The translations under genes were made by a program, and so were the position numbers. DNA of 64,000 nucleotides from Octopus vulgaris (taxonomy: Eukaryota): contig OX597827.1 in assembly GCA_951406725.2 (NCBI GenBank), positions 17,298,001-17,362,000 on the forward strand, given 5' to 3'. The number at the start of each line of letters is the position of its first letter. The stretch's first letter is position 1. Positions 57,730 through 64,000 of this stretch are shown one piece after another. The notes under the pieces were generated by a model. The model saw nothing but the letters and a program-made list of their open reading frames with translations, had not been told where the DNA came from and made no database searches.

Positions 57730-58140
57730 GGATCTTTTCGGTTTGAACGGCAGTTTTTCTAGCGGTGTCATATGAAATTGTCACCCATAATTATGACCCT
57801 AGTATCGATCTATTGCATTTCAATCTACTTTAGGGTTAGGGTTAGCTAGGGTTAGGGTTAGGGTTAGGGTTAGGGTTAGGGGTGGGGGAAGGGTATATTT
57901 TTTTCTTCACAAATGTAAATAAACCCAATCTGTTTCTTAAACGAGGGACATATTCATACGGCACAGAATGTTTCTTTTATCTCAATGGACGTCAGTGATT
58001 GGTTGAAATTGCAGAATTTTCTCAATAAAGCCAAGAGAAAAAGATGTTTTATAAACACATTCTACCAGTATACGAAGTTTAAAAGTGTTTAGTTACGTGG
58101 AAATTATTTTAAAAAACCTTCGATCAAACCGAAAAGATCC
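57730..58140. mobile_element. MITE, Merlin-like, carrying (TTAGGG)n
   Basis: TIR GGATCTTTTCGGTTTGA / TCAAACCGAAAAGATCC; perfect 8-bp TSD AAATTCTG; TTAGGG tract at 57830-57881. Confidence 0.85.
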
Positions 58141-58453
58141 AAATTCTGCACCATGTTTTCCCTGTAACATTGACGAAGGTTATGCAATGAGTAATCTCGC
58201 ACGTCTTTGTCATATTCTCGCTTGTACTACAATATTAGTAATTTTCCTCAGCAATCATCAAGATTTGTATTAATTTTTCACAGTCTATACATAAGATTGT
58301 ACAAAAGACCCAGTCTCTTATTTCTAACTATTTTGAATACTTCTCCTGGAATATCATCAACACTTATCATATTTACACACACACACACACACACACATAC
58401 ACATATATATATATATATACATACATACATACATACATACATACATACATACA

Positions 58454-58486
<33 letters not shown>

Positions 58487-58487
<1 letters not shown>

Positions 58488-58665
58488 CGACGGGCCTCTT
58501 CAGTTTCCGTCAAGCAAATGCACTCACAAAGTGCCACGCAGTGGGACTGAACCCAGAACCATGTGGTTGGTAAGCAACCTACTTACCACACAGCCACTCT
58601 TACACCTACACCTACCACACAGTCACTCCTATGCCTACACTTACTACACAGCCACTCCTACGCCT
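58487..58665 (-). mobile_element. SINE family 1, deleted and rearranged
   Basis: Homology to the family; head segment triplicated. Confidence 0.75.
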
Positions 58666-59753
58666 ATTTATTCTAAATATTCATTTGATCACATGCTTCC
58701 TGAAGATCAAGAATACTGTCAATGAACCACTTATTTTTCATGTACCTGAATTCTTTCTGAGTATTCGATTTAAGTCTTGTATTGAACCAATAAACGTTCA
58801 TTTTGACAGCGTTATGATTTATACAGAGAGTGGTTTGGAGACATTGGCATCTACTTCTAGGGTATTGGCGTTGTCCCTTCAGCACACCTACTTATGATTA
58901 TATATTTATAATTATATACTTAAGTATTAATTTTGCCGATATGGTGGTTTTTATACGGATAAAGGTCATTCTATACTGTTATTATTATTGTCAAATCAGT
59001 CCTTACTTAGTGATTTTTGCAAACCCACTACTTCTTTTGAAAAAGGTAAAGCTCGTTTTTGAAGCCAACCCATATAGTAATATCTTCCATTAATTTCATG
59101 CAGGCCAGAGACATTATTTCTCCAAATCTGCAGCATCAAGAGATTTTTCAGCGCGGAAAATTCCGCTTTCAAATTTTGTGCCATAATTTGAACAGCATAA
59201 TAAACAGAACACATTCTTAAAGGTTTTAATAGAGAATATCTGAGACAGGAGCTAAAGCGACGATGCATATATAAAGTGCAAATGAGAGAGAGAGCAAGGA
59301 AGACTGAAAGAGCGAGAGAGAGAGAGAGAAATAGAGTGGTAAAGAGTGTAGAATAACGGTGGGAGATAAGTGTTTGTAGAGGCAGATCTAGAATGAGGAT
59401 GACGGCGTCGTACTAGATGCAGAGAGAACGCATTATGTCAGACACCATGAAAGCTAGGAAGCAATTAAAGAGGCGGGCGCCCCAAGAAGACATTTACAAA
59501 AATTTTACAAGAAAAAAAATATGCATATTTTGAAATGTTCAAAAGTGAAAGAAATGAAACGAAGAGAAACAACGGAGAGAGAAAATTTAGTAAAAGAACT
59601 CGAACAGTTTTAAATGCAATTCTCGACTTCACAGAAAAATAAAGCAATTAGATTAAGAAAATAAGTTTTAAGAATTAAGCCTGGCTTTGGCTGAGAGTAG
59701 TCAAGAGGTTATTCTTTGATTGACGCTAGATTCATGCAGAGAATGAAAGAAAT

Positions 59754-59840
<87 letters not shown>

Positions 59841-59855
59841 TATATACATATATAT

Positions 59856-59918
<63 letters not shown>

Positions 59919-59960
59919 AATATATATATACATATATATATATAATATATACATATATAT

Positions 59961-60009
<49 letters not shown>

Positions 60010-60185
60010 TATATATACATATATATATATACACATATATATATACACATATATATATACACATATGTGTGTATATATATATATATATGCATATATGTAT
60101 ACATATATATGTATACATAACATATATATATATATGTATATAAATGCATATATACATAAACATATATATTTATATGTATGTGTGC

Positions 60186-60229
<44 letters not shown>

Positions 60230-60571
60230 GAGTGACGGGAAGAGAGACTCGAATAAGAACAAATGAGAACAGATTTTCTTTCGTTTATTTTTTGAATTTT
60301 TCGAGGTCATGGAAATCTACGAAAAACATGCATATTTAGAATGAAGAAAAATAGTCAGAGAAAAAATATAGAAAAATAAAAGGGAGAAAGTATGAGACGA
60401 CTCGAGCAGTTTGAAAATTTCTTGATTTAACAGAAGAAAACTGCAAATAGATTTTTTTTTAATGTTACAGAAATTAAGCTTACATTTTGGATGTAGAGGT
60501 CATTGTTAGGTTGACATGAGAATTAATGCTAAAATGCATAATACATAAATGCATACACAAATACATACATT

Positions 60572-60639
<68 letters not shown>

Positions 60640-60888
60640 GGGTGGCTAATTCGCAATTCTACAACCTGAAGCCAAAAGTATATATGTCACTAAAGTGAAC
60701 AAGGCCGCTAGTCAGTACCACTATTGCTAGAAATAAAGACTCAAAACAACTCAATAACCAACAAAAAAACTATCTTAATGAGCTGAGAAGGAATACAAGC
60801 TCCTTGTGGTAGCAGACACAGCCAGATCATCAATGAGTTCGCGTTATGATGCTTTTTGCACGTTAACGCTCATGTGAAGCTCTCTCTC

Positions 60889-60935
<47 letters not shown>

Positions 60936-60943
60936 ATTAAAAA

Positions 60944-61149
60944 TGTGACCGCGTGTGTACCGTTGGCTGTTTTTTTTCCTCCGTCTTCCCTTCTCTGGAT
61001 CTTTCCTTTTCCTATGTTTCTGACGAAGAGCTCCGCTCGAAACGTAAAACCCTCCTTCTTCCCTTCCTTCCTGAGCGTCCAGCAATACTATACTTGTTCC
61101 ACGTCCTCGCGTTGTTGTGTTTTCTCTATGTGTTTTCATGTTTGGATTA

Positions 61150-61155
<6 letters not shown>
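60944..61155 (+). mobile_element. HHR-bearing element family B (HHR 61016-61050)
   Basis: GTTT-CTGACGA-A-GAGC(TCC)GCTC-GAAAC-GTA-AAAC; ends in (TA)n. Confidence 0.85.
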
Positions 61156-61194
<39 letters not shown>

Positions 61195-61257
61195 AAAATA
61201 GTAATGCAATACGAGAGTATTGCTTTCCAGTAAAGAATAGCCCGTGAGGGTAAAATT

Positions 61258-61623
61258 ATACATAAAATTAAATAAATGGTACAACGAAGTACCGATATTT
61301 ACTGGAAATAGCGAACGTAATAAATACGACGCTAATGTATAGCTTCCCTGCGTATGTACTAGTAAAGATGCGTGTGTGCAACAAACATGAAAAAAATTGT
61401 CTTACCTCTAGGAAAAACATCTGAAAAATGAAAAACCTAGAAAACGGATAATGCAGTACCGGTTTCGGATTTTTCAAAATACGAATTCCAATCGTATAAT
61501 TGATTTATCCTCATCAGCTGCATAAACCTCAACAATATTTCAAATGTTGCCACATCTATACCAGTACACTCGTTCGCTATTTCCAGTAAATATCGGTACT
61601 TCGTTGTACCATTTATTTACTTT

Positions 61624-61630
<7 letters not shown>
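61258..61630 (-). mobile_element. HHR-bearing element with 60-bp inverted ends
   Basis: 61258-61317 is the near-perfect reverse complement of 61571-61630. Confidence 0.8.
61451..61523 (-). ncRNA. type I hammerhead ribozyme, canonical core
   Basis: ATGCAG-CTGATGA-GGAT..ATCC-GAAAC-CG-GTA-CTGCAT. Confidence 0.9.
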
Positions 61631-61674
<44 letters not shown>

Positions 61675-62244
61675 GCATGTATGTATGTATGTAATACAGG
61701 CATGGATAGAAGACAGAAAGTGATAGGAACTGTTTGTATGGGAGATGGATAGGGATATTTTAGCCACCCCCAGTAGCATTTCCCCGAAACTATCGTAGGA
61801 TGACTATTAGCCGTTATCTCTCCCATGGAATACCTTTGACACCTTTTAATTAATTATGTATATTGAGTACATGTATCAGCAACTTTTCTCCTTCTTGTTT
61901 CTAACACGGATGTACCGAGTTCAGGCACTCGCTTACCATTTTATATTTTCATTATATATTCACGTACATTTTTATATGTTCATATGTATTTATATGTATA
62001 TTTTTATGCATATATGTATTTTTATGTAAATTTTTACGCGCATATATTTTTACTGTTTTTATGAGATTTGCTTTAAGTACTCCGATGTTATAAAGGAAAA
62101 TTATTTATCGATTATCTGAATTTTGTGACTTCTATCGATGCTTATATTATTCATATATAGCTGCTATTCTAAGCACTGCATGCTTGTTCTATATACGGAA
62201 TTCTTTCATTTATTCTTTCCTTTTACTTATATATATATAAATAC

Positions 62245-63262
62245 GCTAATACGCCAGAAGTATATGTCAAACGTCTAGAAATTTGTTCTCTTTTTGTCAC
62301 AAGGCTGGATGCAGGAAAATGGTCACGATGATTTATAAAATTTCAGACAACTCTTTATCTTAAGATTTCGTGTTTTGTAAAAAAAAAATATGCTTTACAA
62401 TCATCAATTAAATATACCGACCATATATAATTGAAAAATATATATACGTACCGATAAATAATTGCATACAAATACCAATATATACATATATTTGCTACGT
62501 ATATATCAGACCTAGTTGCCCATTTCAACCACGTGCTTAATGTTAGAATAGTACCGGAGAAAATATAATGACTACAGAACTCAAATATATGAGCGTGTCT
62601 GTGTGTGTGTGTGTGTATAAATTGAGGATATAATCACTAATATTCTTATATCAGTAGCCAGCGTATATAAACTACCATATCGATAAAATTCATATTCAAG
62701 TATATAATTATAACTAAGGGAGCTGGAGGGACAACGGGCAATACGCTAGAAGTAGATCTGAAATGTCTACAAAGCACTCTAAAGTTGTTCTCCTTTTGAC
62801 ACAAGGCTGAATGCAGAGAAATGGCAAGAAAATTTATAAAATTTCAGACATCTTTAACTCATAAGATTTCGTGCTTTGTAATAAATATGACTTTACACTC
62901 ATCAGTAGAATATACCGATCATATATATATTTCACTTATATACGATTGGTATATTGTACTGTTGAGTGTAAAGTCATTTTTATTACAAAGCACCAATTCT
63001 TAAGGCATAGAGTTGTATGAAATTTTATAAGTCTACTTGTCCTTTTCCCCGCGTTCGTCCTTGTGCCAAAAGGAGAACAAATTTAGAGTGGTTTGGAGAC
63101 ATTGGCATCTACTTCTAGCGTTTTGGCGTTGTCCCTCCGGCACACTTACTTATGATTATATATTTATAATTATATACTAAAATATTAATTTTACCGATAT
63201 GGTGGTTTATATACGCTGGCTACTGATATAATCATTTTAATGATTATATCCTCAATTTATAC
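62245..63262. mobile_element. three copies of an HHR-bearing element (two minus, one plus; the last two form an inverted pair)
   Basis: 62245-62430(-), 62615-62925(-), 62940-63262(+); consensus TCTA-CTGATGA-GTG..CAC-GAAA-TCTTAAGA-TA-TAGA; fragment at 58826-58958. Confidence 0.75.
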
Positions 63263-63481
63263 ACACACACATATGCACACACATATATGTCTATATCTAT
63301 CAATTTTTCTAGTTATCTATTCTTTTATATATGATATTAACTTTTATTTCAAGGTTTCTTGCTAAAATGAGGAAGAGCTGGTTTCATTTTCGTTTCCCAA
63401 AACCTCATTTACTTAATCAGATGCTCGGGCTGCCTTCGAAACTATATTGGCTCGACAGGAAATTCGGTCCGAAAGAGATAT

Positions 63482-63691
63482 ATGGTCCACAGACTACAAA
63501 TTTCCTTCCCACAATATCGCCAAATGTACCTTAGCCAACACGTTGACGAACGTATAGAAGAATTACAATCACAATTCGTAAGTTTCACAGTTTATCAATT
63601 TGCCTTCTGGACCTCAACACAAATAAGACTGAATAAAGAAGCCTCATTTATCCAAAAATATAAACCAGAATTATATATGAACCCATACTAA
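63482..63691 (+). pseudogene. PLE GIY-YIG endonuclease C-terminal fragment
   Basis: VHRLQI..PQYRQMYLSQHVD..RLNKEASFIQKYKPEL parallels the C-terminus of the 32.9-33.1 kb PLE. Confidence 0.75.
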
Positions 63692-64000
63692 AAATAAAGG
63701 ACTTACTCCATCTGATGTAAGATATAACCCCCCAAAAAATAGAGAACACAAAAACCCTGAAAAAATAAAAATTACAGACTTACCTCCCCTTTACTGCAAA
63801 ATACATGAGTGAACAATTATTTCCCGTAACAATATGTCTTTTCCCCCAAGCAATATATCTTTTTCAACTCTTAGCTTCATGAGCAATGCGCAAGCGGTCC
63901 TCACTTCAATTATGTTGAAAGAACAAAACCTTATTTTATACAAAATTGTAAAATATTATTATCATGATTCTAACATACTCATAAATCATGTAAAACAAAT

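Noticed and set aside
57830-57881. True telomere or fusion scar
   Set aside because: Short single-orientation tract inside a TIR/TSD-bounded element

Overview
AT-rich eukaryotic DNA dominated by microsatellites and transposable elements. The SINE repertoire and (TA)n/(TACA)n/(AAT)n density resemble an octopus/cephalopod genome; this is an inference from pattern recognition, not a database search. No intact host protein-coding gene is evident, and nearly all ORFs in the track are microsatellite translations. Recognisable content: three groups of tRNA-derived SINEs (one forming head-to-tail arrays), three non-autonomous Helitrons, a Merlin-like MITE carrying TTAGGG repeats, a hAT-like relic, two CR1/L2-type LINE 3' fragments and three Penelope-like element (PLE) fragments. 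One PLE fragment is a Naiad-like GIY-YIG element with inverted pseudo-LTRs. The main discovery is about 25 type-I hammerhead-ribozyme (HHR) motifs, read by eye, in roughly a dozen sequence-unrelated short elements, most lodged in or beside (TA)n tracts. Many of these elements have PLE-style inverted or partially tandem ends. The HHR cores include compensatory swaps of the 3-8 tertiary pair (C3:G8, U3:A8, G3:C8) and family-wide A6U and U4C variants, which suggests a diverse non-autonomous ribozyme-retroelement system mobilised by PLEs. Catalytic activity is untested.
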